Source of the DNA: Planctomycetota bacterium | GTDB lineage: Bacteria > Planctomycetota > PLA2 > JAEUHO01 | Assembly: GCA_965223505.1 (NCBI GenBank) | Contig: CBDCWP010000026.1 | Span: 32,001-96,000 of the forward strand | Direction of reading: 5' to 3' | DNA length: 64,000 nt | In this document: positions 28,443 through 37,262 of the stretch, piece after piece | Layout: each line of letters begins with the position of its first letter | How positions within the stretch are numbered: the first letter of the stretch is position 1 | The notes under the pieces: model-generated | The model's database searches: none | Seen by the model: only the letters and a program-made list of their open reading frames with translations | Told to the model about the DNA's origin: nothing | Program-made: the position numbers and the translations under genes

Positions 28443-28855
28443 GCGACGACTCCGTCTGGCGCGCGATCAACCCGCCCGAGTGGGCGAATCCCATCGGCTA
28501 CGCGAACGCCGTCGAGTCGCGCGGCGGGCGCCGCATCGCGCTGGCCGGGCAGGTCGCGATGGCGCCGGACGGCGCGATGATGCATCCCGGCGATCTGGTG
28601 GCGCAGGCGAATCAGACGTTCGCCAACATCAAGGCGGTGCTGGACACGGCCGGCGCGAAGCCCGAGCACCTCGTGCGCATGCGCATCTACGTGCTCGACG
28701 CCAAGGCGTACGCGGCGAACGCGCGCGAGATCGGCGCGCGGTATCGCGAGCACTTCGGCCGCTGGTTCCCGGCGATGACGCTCGTCCAGGTCGCGGGGTT
28801 GTACGAAGAGGGCGCCCTGATCGAGATCGAGACCGACGCCGTGGTGCCGGACTGA
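28439..28855 (+). CDS. RidA/YjgF family protein
   Basis: GYANAV, AGQV, FPAMTLVQV and LIEIE. ATGA overlap. Confidence 0.88.
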   Translation: MSDDSVWRAINPPEWANPIGYANAVESRGGRRIALAGQVAMAPDGAMMHPGDLVAQANQTFANIKAVLDTAGAKPEHLVRMRIYVLDAKAYAANAREIGARYREHFGRWFPAMTLVQVAGLYEEGALIEIETDAVVPD

Positions 28856-28862
28856 GTCCGAG

Positions 28863-29681
28863 GTGCGCCTCTCGCTCGTCTTCTATGCGTTCTTGGCCCG
28901 CACCGCCATCGGTACGTTGATCGCGCTGGTGCCGCTGTGGGCGTTGCGCCCCGCGGAGCGGCACGTGCGCTTCCAGGTCCTGCTCGCGCTCGTGCTGTCG
29001 GCGGGATCGGCCGCGCTCTACGGCGCGGCGCTGGGCGACGCGCACCCGGAGTGGCCAAGGGGCGTCGACGCATTCTTGTCGTTCGAAGGCGGCATGCCCG
29101 GGTTCCTCGTGTTGGTCTGCGCGCTCTGCCTGATCACGAACCTGCTGTTCGGCACATTCAAGCGGCGCGCGGCGCGCATCACGTTGAGCCTGGCGATCCT
29201 GTGCGGGCTGGGCGTGATCATCGGATCGGCACGGCTGGGACCGTTGTCGACGACCGGCGGCGCGCTGGCGGTGCTGTCGATCAGCGCGCTGTTGGGCGGT
29301 CTGGTGATGGCGTCGATCAACGACTCGATGGTGCTCGGTCACTTCTATCTGATGATCCGCGGCTTGCCGCTCCAGGCGCTCAAGCGCTCCGGGATGATGG
29401 TCTTCTGCGTGTTGGTGGCGCGCATGATCGTCTTCGGACTCGTGCTGCTGTTCTGGGGCGGCGCCGCCGACGTGTTGCTCGGCCCGGAGCTGGTGTGGAC
29501 GACGTGGCGCGTGGCGTTCGGCTTCTTCGGCCCGCTGGTGCTGCTGTGGATGGTGAAGGACACGGTTCGGCTGAAGCACACCCAGGCCGCGACCGGGCTG
29601 CTGTACGTCGCGGTCGGCTTTGCGATCATGGGCGAGCTGGCCGCCGTCTACATCGAGCTGGCCACCGGAATCCCGACGTAG
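28863..29681 (+). CDS. Hypothetical integral membrane protein
   Basis: About 8 TM segments; SMVLGHFYL and TQAATGLLYV motifs. Confidence 0.75.
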   Translation: MRLSLVFYAFLARTAIGTLIALVPLWALRPAERHVRFQVLLALVLSAGSAALYGAALGDAHPEWPRGVDAFLSFEGGMPGFLVLVCALCLITNLLFGTFKRRAARITLSLAILCGLGVIIGSARLGPLSTTGGALAVLSISALLGGLVMASINDSMVLGHFYLMIRGLPLQALKRSGMMVFCVLVARMIVFGLVLLFWGGAADVLLGPELVWTTWRVAFGFFGPLVLLWMVKDTVRLKHTQAATGLLYVAVGFAIMGELAAVYIELATGIPT

Positions 29682-30196
29682 TGCCCGCGCCCCTCGAGAT
29701 CACCTTCGCCTGCCCGCAATCCGGTTGCGGCGAACCGGTCGACGGCCCGCTTCGCGCGGACACGGCGGAGATGGCGTGCGACGCCTGCGGACGAAGCACG
29801 CCGCTTCACGACGCGGCGTCGTTCGTGGAGAGCGCGCCGCTGCGGCCCTGTCCGGTCTGCGGCGGCGACGACTTCTACGTGCAGCGCGACTTCAACCGCA
29901 AGCTCGGCCTGTCGATCGTCGCGGTCGGCTGCGTGCTGGGCCCCTTCACGTCCTGGATCAGCGTGGTCGTCGCCGTGGTCGTCGACGCTGTGCTCTATCT
30001 CGTCGTTCCGTCGGTTGCGGTGTGCTACGCGTGCAATGCGCAGTACCGTGGGTTCCTGAAGGAGCAAAAGCCGGAGGCTTTCGAGATCGCCATCCACGAC
30101 GCCTACAAGTTCGCCAAGCGTCATCCGCCGCGCCGGGACATCGCGGTCGCCGGACCGTTGCAGACGCGGTTGCGGTTCGAGGGCAAGGTGGAATGA
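29681..30196 (+). CDS. Hypothetical Zn-ribbon membrane protein
   Basis: CPQSGC, CDAC, CPVC and CYAC around two TM helices. GTG overlaps the upstream TAG. Confidence 0.7.
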   Translation: MPAPLEITFACPQSGCGEPVDGPLRADTAEMACDACGRSTPLHDAASFVESAPLRPCPVCGGDDFYVQRDFNRKLGLSIVAVGCVLGPFTSWISVVVAVVVDAVLYLVVPSVAVCYACNAQYRGFLKEQKPEAFEIAIHDAYKFAKRHPPRRDIAVAGPLQTRLRFEGKVE

Positions 30197-30675
30197 CGTT
30201 CTTCCTGACCACCTGCGCGGCGTTCTACATCCTCGGCGCGGCGGTGGTGTTCGGCGGCACGTGCGCGTTGGCCTTCGCGACGGCGCCGAACCTCTTTCGG
30301 ACGTTGCCGGACCGGCTGGCCGACCGCAGCTTCGGCCGCGTGTTGGCGACGTTCGACCGCGTCGGCATCATCGCGGCGATCCTCGCGACGATGGCCGCGG
30401 CGGCCGCGATCACGTTCGGCGACGTCGACCCGGTGCTGGCGAGCATTCCGGTGTGTTTGATGGCGCTCATCGTGGCGGTCTTCGGCTTCTTGCGTGGCAG
30501 CGTCGCGCCGCGCATGGCCGAGCTTGGACCGCCCGACGATCCGGATGCGGCGGACGCGCGCAGCGACGAGGACAAGGCGGCGTTCGAGAAGTTGCACCGG
30601 CAATACGTGCGGATGTACGCGATCAACCTCTTCGCGTCGGCGATGGCGTTGATCGTCGTCGCGATTCAGCCGTAG
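30193..30675 (+). CDS. DUF4149/TMEM205-like membrane protein
   Basis: Four TM helices; APNLF and FEKLH motifs. ATGA overlap. Confidence 0.7.
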   Translation: MTFFLTTCAAFYILGAAVVFGGTCALAFATAPNLFRTLPDRLADRSFGRVLATFDRVGIIAAILATMAAAAAITFGDVDPVLASIPVCLMALIVAVFGFLRGSVAPRMAELGPPDDPDAADARSDEDKAAFEKLHRQYVRMYAINLFASAMALIVVAIQP

Positions 30676-30704
30676 CGCGACATCACGTCAGAACTGGTTG
30701 GACC

Positions 30705-31631
30705 CTAGACACCGCCACCAACGAACGGCGTCTCGAGCTCGCTGTCCATGTAGGCCAGCGGCATGAACGGCGTGTTGAACGAATACCCGATCGATCCGTC
30801 CCGCGCGATCAGGATGATCCCCCCGCGCCCCAGATACCGTTTCTGCAGCTCTCCCATCGCCAGCCACGTCGCGTCCTGCGCGTTGTTCTCGCGCGACAGC
30901 TCCACCGCGCGCCGCGCCAAGCCCATCCGCAGGATCGGCTCCCCCCAGCCCGTCACAGCCGCGCCGCCTGCCAGGTCGTCGGCGTAGTACCCGGCGCCCG
31001 GGATCGGCGTGTCGCCGACGCGGCCCGGCAGCTTGCCGAGCACGCCACCCGTGGACGCGCCCGCCGCAATCGTGCCGCGAACGTCCACGGCCACGGCGCC
31101 GACCGTCTCGCCCGGATCCGTGAGGTAGCCGAAGTCCGACGCGTGGTCGTCCGGGTCCGCGCGCAACCGCCAGGCCTCGAGCCGCTTGATCTCACGGCCG
31201 ACCACGAGCGACGCCGGGTCGCACTTCTCCAGCTTGCCGTCCAGGAACTTCGACGCGCCGTCGCCGACCATCAAGACGTGCTTCGACAGCCGGACGACAT
31301 CGGCCGCTTCGATCGGGTTGCGCCGGTCGCGCAGGCTGCCGACGGCGCCGGCCGAGAGGTCCTTGCCCCACATGATGCCGGCGTCGAGCGATACCTGGCC
31401 GCTCGAATCGAGCACGCTGCCGTTGCCCGCGTTGAGGTTGCCGTCGTTCTCCATCGAACGAACGGCGGCCTTCACGGCATCGATCGAGCTGCCGCCGTCC
31501 TGCAGGACCTGCCAGCCGAGCTCCACCGCGTCGACACAGCCGCGGCGGTGCGCGCGACGCTCGTCCTCGGGGACGGCCCAGGCGCCGCAGTGAACGATCA
31601 CGGCCGGACGGGGCGGAGGCGGCTTGTCCAT
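30705..31631 (-). CDS. iaaA: Isoaspartyl peptidase/L-asparaginase
   Basis: NAGNGS, DAGIM, ETVGAVA, STGG, GRVGDTP and TGWGE. Confidence 0.9.
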   Translation of the reverse strand: MDKPPPPRPAVIVHCGAWAVPEDERRAHRRGCVDAVELGWQVLQDGGSSIDAVKAAVRSMENDGNLNAGNGSVLDSSGQVSLDAGIMWGKDLSAGAVGSLRDRRNPIEAADVVRLSKHVLMVGDGASKFLDGKLEKCDPASLVVGREIKRLEAWRLRADPDDHASDFGYLTDPGETVGAVAVDVRGTIAAGASTGGVLGKLPGRVGDTPIPGAGYYADDLAGGAAVTGWGEPILRMGLARRAVELSRENNAQDATWLAMGELQKRYLGRGGIILIARDGSIGYSFNTPFMPLAYMDSELETPFVGGGV

Positions 31632-31778
31632 CCGGGAATCATCCGTCGTGCCGCGCGGGAATGGGCATTTTCATTCCCTCGAGCGTGAACAGGTCCCTAC
31701 GTGCGATCGCCGGCGACCTCGGGCGTCGAGTGCGCCGGACCGATCGAAGGGCCCCCCTCGCGGGCATCATGGACGTGC

Positions 31779-32369
31779 ATGGTGCGCCCGGACCCGCAAG
31801 ACGCCGCCGACATCCGCCGCGTGCTCGCGGGGGACGCGCAGGCGTTCCAGGGCCTCATCGAACGCCACGGCCGCCGCGCATTCGACGTCGCGCGACGCAT
31901 GCTCCGCGACACGCACGAAGCCGAGGACGTCGTCCAGCACGCCTTCCTCAACGCCTTCAACGCGCTCGAGCGCTTCGACGTCGACCGCCCGTTCCGCCAC
32001 TGGATCCTGCGCATCACGAGCAACCTGTGCCGCAACCGCATCGCGAGCCGCAAGGTGCGCAGCAGCCTGCTCGACCCCACCGGCGGCGACGACGAGCGGC
32101 CGGAGCCCGTGGGCCGCCCGGCTGCGGCGCGTCCGAGCCTCGAGGCGCCGGAGCAGGTGCGGGTGCGTGAGGCCATCGACGCGCTGCCGGAGAAGTACCG
32201 CCTCGTCGTGGTGCTGCGCTACCTGCACGACCTGCCCCTGGAGGAGATCTCGGGCATCACCGGCACGCCGGTGGCGACCGTGAAGACCCATCTCCATCGG
32301 GGCCGGGCGGCGCTGCGCAAGCTGCTGGCCCCTGAAACCGACCCGCCGCCGGGCGGTACGGAGGACTGA
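31779..32369 (+). CDS. ECF RNA polymerase sigma factor
   Basis: AEDVVQHAF, FRHWILRI, LPEKYR, EEIS and TVKTHLHRGR. Confidence 0.9.
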   Translation: MVRPDPQDAADIRRVLAGDAQAFQGLIERHGRRAFDVARRMLRDTHEAEDVVQHAFLNAFNALERFDVDRPFRHWILRITSNLCRNRIASRKVRSSLLDPTGGDDERPEPVGRPAAARPSLEAPEQVRVREAIDALPEKYRLVVVLRYLHDLPLEEISGITGTPVATVKTHLHRGRAALRKLLAPETDPPPGGTED

Positions 32370-32371
32370 CC

Positions 32372-32959
32372 ATGTCGAACGACCGCCCCCCCACTGACGG
32401 CGCTGCGCCCGGCGAGATCCCCTGGGTCGCGCTGGAGCAGCTGGCCGCCGGCGAGCTGAGCGCCGAGGCCGCGAAGGCCCTTCGAACCCGCATCGACGCC
32501 GATCCGACGTTGCGCTCGGCCTACGCGCAGGTGGAGCACATCGAGGCGGCGCTTCGCGGCGAGCCCCTCTGGCAGGCGCCGCTCGGCTTGACGCAGCGCG
32601 TTCTCGAGAGCGTCGTTCCGCGGCGAAGCAGCCGGGTGGCGACGTTCGCCCGCGTTGCGGCGGCGGTCCTCGTCTTCTTCTCGAGCTGGATCGCTCTCTC
32701 GGGGACGGCGCCGGCGTGGGCGGACGTGCGGCGACCCGCGCCCGTGCTCGAGTCGGTGCCGAGCGTCACGCCCCATTTGGAGCTGACCCGGTCGCCGGCG
32801 GTCCTGCTCGACGTCGCGGCGCCGGATGCGCTGTCCGAAGCGAGCATCGGCGCAGCGGTGCCGATGCTGGCCGGCGTCCTGGTGTTGGCGGTCGGCATGG
32901 TCCTGTTGCTGCGCGCGCACCGGCGCGCTTCGGTTGTCTCGAAGGGTGGTGTTCGATGA
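32372..32959 (+). CDS. Putative membrane anti-sigma factor
   Basis: Directly after the ECF gene; N-terminal GELS helical domain plus two hydrophobic segments. Confidence 0.65.
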   Translation: MSNDRPPTDGAAPGEIPWVALEQLAAGELSAEAAKALRTRIDADPTLRSAYAQVEHIEAALRGEPLWQAPLGLTQRVLESVVPRRSSRVATFARVAAAVLVFFSSWIALSGTAPAWADVRRPAPVLESVPSVTPHLELTRSPAVLLDVAAPDALSEASIGAAVPMLAGVLVLAVGMVLLLRAHRRASVVSKGGVR

Positions 32960-33609
32960 GTGCCCGGGTGCTTCGACGTCTCGTGATCGCGGGATGTGTG
33001 GTGCTGTGCCTGTTCGTCCTCGTACCGGCGGTGAACGCGTTCGGCGGTGAGGCGGAGGGCGGCAACGGAGACGGGGATGCGGCGAAACAGCTTGCGCAGG
33101 TTGCACTCGTCATACTGCTCGGCGTGATGGTGGCGCTGGGGATGGGCGGCGCCACCGCGCTGATCCGCGTCATCTTGCCCGGCGTCGCGAAGGCCACGGA
33201 TGCGTCGGTCCGACGGTTGAGCACGTCGCGTCTCCTGCTGTTCGGGGTGGTGCCGCTCGTCGGCTCGTGGCTGATCGCCTGGGGGGTCGGTGCGACGGGG
33301 AACGCGGTGTTGGGCGGTGTGTACGCCCTGCTCGTCGGGATCCCCGTCTTCCTCGCCGTCGTCGCCGGCATGCTGGCGGCGCTTCCGCACATCGGCGCGC
33401 ACCTGTTGAAGGACGGGAACGAGGCCGGCATGTTGAAACGCTGCCTGGTCGGTGGGCTGGTGTTGGGCCTCTCGCAGATCACGTGGATCCTGCCGCCGCT
33501 GGGGCTGCTGGTCGGCGTGCTGCTGCTCAGCTGGTTCACGGGCATCGGCGCCGGCAGCGTCGTACGTCCGCGTGAGACGGCCGTGCGCGCGGAGGAATCT
33601 CCGGTTTAG
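32956..33609 (+). CDS. Hypothetical membrane protein
   Basis: Signal-like N-terminus and several TM helices. ATGA overlap. Confidence 0.65.
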   Translation: MSARVLRRLVIAGCVVLCLFVLVPAVNAFGGEAEGGNGDGDAAKQLAQVALVILLGVMVALGMGGATALIRVILPGVAKATDASVRRLSTSRLLLFGVVPLVGSWLIAWGVGATGNAVLGGVYALLVGIPVFLAVVAGMLAALPHIGAHLLKDGNEAGMLKRCLVGGLVLGLSQITWILPPLGLLVGVLLLSWFTGIGAGSVVRPRETAVRAEESPV

Positions 33610-33665
33610 CGGCGCGACCACGCGAACCGAGCTTCGGGGTTGATCCGCGCTAGGCTAGTGCCGTC

Positions 33666-36230
33666 ATGGTGGACTTCGGCGACCTGGCCTTCCGCCTCTC
33701 GGAAGCTACGGATACGTCCACGGCGGCTGAGCGGCTTGCGGAGTACCTGCGCGAGCTGGCGCCCGCGGCAGCGGTGCGTGCGTATGTGTTGGGCCCAGGC
33801 GACCTCTGCGGCACGTGTCCCCGGGCCAAGGACTGCGAGGCGCGCGACCGATGCTTCCATCTCGAGGCGAGCCACGGCGAGTTCGCCCGTCCCCGCGGCC
33901 ACGATCAGCGCGTCCCGCGGGTCGGCACGCGGTGGGGAGAGGTCGAAAGCGACGTCGTCGTGCTCAACGGCGAGATGCCGCCGGAACTTCAGGCAGAAGG
34001 GGCCGAGGACGAGACGAGCCTGCTCGTGCCGATGCAGAGCGGTGGCGAGGTCGTCGGCGTGGTCGGCGTACGCGGGCCGGAAGAGGCGGTCCTTGCGCTC
34101 CAGGATCGCGCGCAAGCTGCGGCCTATCTGACAGCCGCGTCGGTGCGGTCGCTTCGAAGCCGCTTGACCGCCACGCGCCGGTTCGAGCAGTTGCTGCTCG
34201 TCAACGAGCTCGGCCGCAAGGTCAACTCGATCCTCAACGACGAGCTGTTGCTGCGTCAAGCCGCCGTGGACATTCACCGAACGTTCGGCTTCCACAACGT
34301 GATGATCTTCATGGTCGACGACACGCGCTCGAGCCTGGAGCTTCGCGCGCAGGCGTCGCGGGCGGTCAATCCCACCACAGCGGACTCGAAGGTCGCGCTC
34401 GGCGAGGGCATCGTCGGCCGCGTGTACCGCACAGGCCGTACGGAGTCGGTCGACGACGTGCGCCGCGAGAAGGACTACGTCGATTGGTATTCCGACACGC
34501 GAAGCGAGATGGCGGTGCCCATCCAGATCGGCGGCGTTGTCGAGGGCGTGCTCAACGTCGAGTCGGACCATGTCGGCGCGTTCGGGCCGAGCGACAACCT
34601 GGTGCTCGAGACCGTATCCAACCAGCTCGCCATCGCCATCGAGAACGCGCGCCTGTTCAGCATGGTGAAGGAACGCGAGGACCGCTATCGCACGCTGGTC
34701 GAGTCGAGCCCCGGCGGGGTGCTGCACCTCGACACCGAGGGGCGGATCATCTACGCGAACCCCGCCGTCACCGAGATCACCGGCTACGAGAAGAGCCACA
34801 TCCTCTCCCGCATGAGCGGGCTGAGCGACCTGGCCGTCGAAAGCGACGGCGAGCTGCTCAAGGATGCGGTGTCGAGCGCGCTGCGCGGCTTGCCGAGCCG
34901 CGATCTCGAGTTTCACGTCGTTCACGCGGACGGCGATACGAAGTGGATCAGCGCGTCGCTGCAGCCGCTCATCGGGGAACACGGCGACCCCAAGGGCGTG
35001 GTCGTGCTGGCGCGCGACAAGACGCGCGAGCGCGAGCTGCAGGAGAAGCTGACGCAGTCGGAGAAGCTCAGCGCCATCGGCACGCTGGTGAGCGGCGTCG
35101 CGCACGAGCTCAACAACCCGCTCGCCGGCATTCTCGGCTTCGCGCAGCTGCTGCTGGGACGACCACCCGCCGAGTGGACACGCCAGGACATCGAAAAGGT
35201 CGAGAAGAACGCGCGACGCTGCCAGCGCATCGTCGAGAACCTGCTCGCGTTCGCCCGCCAGAGCCGCATGACGAAGCGCCGCGCGAACATCAACGAGGTC
35301 ATCGACTCTGTGCTCAACCTGAACGAGTACCAGTTCCGGATGGACAACGTCGAGATCCTGCGCGACTTCGACTCGCGTGTCCCGTCGTTCCCGCTCGACG
35401 TGAACCGCTGGCAGCAGGTGTTCATCAATCTGGCCTCGAACGCCCACCAAGCACTGCTCAACAGCAACGCCGAGACGCGGCAGATCTCGTTCGAGACGCG
35501 GCTGCTGGACTCGACCGTCCGCATTCGGGTCCGCGACACCGGCCCGGGCATCCCCGAGCATCTGCGCCGCCGGGTCTTCGAGCCGTTCTTCACCACAAAG
35601 GACAAGGGCACCGGGCTGGGCCTGGGCATTTGCTTCGGCATCGTCCAGGAGCACGGCGGCAGCATCGAACACGAGACCGGCGCGGACGGCGGCGCGGCGT
35701 TCGTCATCGAGGTGCCCGTGAGCGACTCGCCGGAATTCGTCGCGAGCGCGTCGGTCATGCCCGCGCGCTCGTCGTCACGCGCCGGCGAAGGCCGACGGGT
35801 TCTGGTCGTCGACGACGACGCGTACGTCTGCGATGTCGTCATGCGCGCACTCCAGAACCACCACTACATCGTGACGATCGCGCGCGACGGCAGCGAGGCG
35901 CTGCACCGCCTCAAGGAAGAGGACTTCGACGTCGTCGTCTCGGACGTGCGCATGCCGGGCGACGTCGACGGCATCGAGCTCTTCGACTACTACGTGAGCC
36001 GGCATCCGGAGTTCGCGGACCGGTTCATCTTCATGACGGGCAACCTGCTCGACACGCGCACCATGGGCCGCTTGGAGAGCATGCACGTACGCTTCGTCGA
36101 GAAGCCCTTCGACATCCATCACCTCGCGAGCATCGTGAACGACATCGCGAGCGGCGCCCCCGTCGCCGGAAAGACCGGCGCGGAGGTCGAGGACGCCGAC
36201 GCGACACTGCCGCGCGCGGACGGGGCGTAG
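33666..36230 (+). CDS. Hybrid sensor histidine kinase (GAF-GAF-PAS-HisKA-HATPase-REC)
   Basis: GEGIVG and SEMAVP (GAF), YANPA (PAS), AHELNNPL, NLASNA, DTGPGI, GTGLGL, VLVVDDD...DVRMP...KPF. Confidence 0.93.
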   Translation: MVDFGDLAFRLSEATDTSTAAERLAEYLRELAPAAAVRAYVLGPGDLCGTCPRAKDCEARDRCFHLEASHGEFARPRGHDQRVPRVGTRWGEVESDVVVLNGEMPPELQAEGAEDETSLLVPMQSGGEVVGVVGVRGPEEAVLALQDRAQAAAYLTAASVRSLRSRLTATRRFEQLLLVNELGRKVNSILNDELLLRQAAVDIHRTFGFHNVMIFMVDDTRSSLELRAQASRAVNPTTADSKVALGEGIVGRVYRTGRTESVDDVRREKDYVDWYSDTRSEMAVPIQIGGVVEGVLNVESDHVGAFGPSDNLVLETVSNQLAIAIENARLFSMVKEREDRYRTLVESSPGGVLHLDTEGRIIYANPAVTEITGYEKSHILSRMSGLSDLAVESDGELLKDAVSSALRGLPSRDLEFHVVHADGDTKWISASLQPLIGEHGDPKGVVVLARDKTRERELQEKLTQSEKLSAIGTLVSGVAHELNNPLAGILGFAQLLLGRPPAEWTRQDIEKVEKNARRCQRIVENLLAFARQSRMTKRRANINEVIDSVLNLNEYQFRMDNVEILRDFDSRVPSFPLDVNRWQQVFINLASNAHQALLNSNAETRQISFETRLLDSTVRIRVRDTGPGIPEHLRRRVFEPFFTTKDKGTGLGLGICFGIVQEHGGSIEHETGADGGAAFVIEVPVSDSPEFVASASVMPARSSSRAGEGRRVLVVDDDAYVCDVVMRALQNHHYIVTIARDGSEALHRLKEEDFDVVVSDVRMPGDVDGIELFDYYVSRHPEFADRFIFMTGNLLDTRTMGRLESMHVRFVEKPFDIHHLASIVNDIASGAPVAGKTGAEVEDADATLPRADGA

Positions 36231-36293
36231 CCGAACACCCCGCGGTGGGGAATCCCTGCCGCACCCCGGCGCGCTCGCGTCAATAATGCGCGC

Positions 36294-37253
36294 ATGACGA
36301 CGTACTGGGACTACATCCGCGTCGACGATCTTCTGCGATTGCAGAACGGACTCGAAGACGACGACGCGAAGATCTCGAACCACGAGGTGCTCTTCATCAC
36401 GGTGCACCAGGTCTACGAGCTCTGGTTCAAAGTCGTACTACGAGAGCTGATCACGCTGCGCGACCTGTTCAACGAGCCGGTTCCGGAGCGGGAGATCCCG
36501 GCCGCGTGCCGTTCTATCGATCGCGTGACCACGGTCTTGCGCGTGGCGGTGTCGCACTTCGAGGTGATGGAGACGCTCAACACGCGTGACTACCTCGACT
36601 TCCGCGACAAGCTGTTCCCGGCCAGCGGCTTTCAGTCGGCGCAGATGCGGCGCATCGAGGACCTGCTCGGGATCAAGGACGAGCATCGCGACCACGAGTA
36701 CTTCAAGCAGGTCGAGGGACTCAAGGCCGCGGGCGCGTTCAAGGCGCCGCCGCCGCCCGGCGTGACGCTCAAGCAGGCGCTCGGCGAGTGGCTGCATCGC
36801 ACGCCGATCCGCGGATCGACGGCTGGCCGCGACGGCGACGACGAGGTCGTCGACGAGTTCCTGGCCTGGTACCAGCAGACGGTCGACGGCGACGACGCGT
36901 TCTTCGCGCCGGAGGATCGCCGCGAGCGCCGCATCCGCGCAGCCATCCTGTTCATCGAGGCGTACCACGAGTTGCATCTGCTCGAGTGGCCGCACCGGGT
37001 GCTGACGGGGTTCTTGAACCTGGAGCAGGCGTTCGTCATGTTCCGCCAGCGCCACGCGCGCATGGTGGAGCGCGTGATCGGCCGCCGTGTCGGTACGGGC
37101 GGCAGCTCCGGCGTCGACTACCTCGATCGAACGGCGTCGTACCGCGTGTTCAACGACCTGTGGGCCGCGCGCGGCCTGCTGCTGAAGAAGAGCGACATTC
37201 CGCCGTTGCCCGACGAGATCCGGACGCAGTACGAGTTCAGCGAATCGTTCTAG
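36294..37253 (+). CDS. kynA: Tryptophan 2,3-dioxygenase
   Basis: YWDY, HEVLFITVHQVYELWFK, PASGFQSAQ and VERVIGRRVGTGGSSGVDYL. Confidence 0.92.
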   Translation: MTTYWDYIRVDDLLRLQNGLEDDDAKISNHEVLFITVHQVYELWFKVVLRELITLRDLFNEPVPEREIPAACRSIDRVTTVLRVAVSHFEVMETLNTRDYLDFRDKLFPASGFQSAQMRRIEDLLGIKDEHRDHEYFKQVEGLKAAGAFKAPPPPGVTLKQALGEWLHRTPIRGSTAGRDGDDEVVDEFLAWYQQTVDGDDAFFAPEDRRERRIRAAILFIEAYHELHLLEWPHRVLTGFLNLEQAFVMFRQRHARMVERVIGRRVGTGGSSGVDYLDRTASYRVFNDLWAARGLLLKKSDIPPLPDEIRTQYEFSESF

Positions 37254-37262
37254 AATCAGCCG

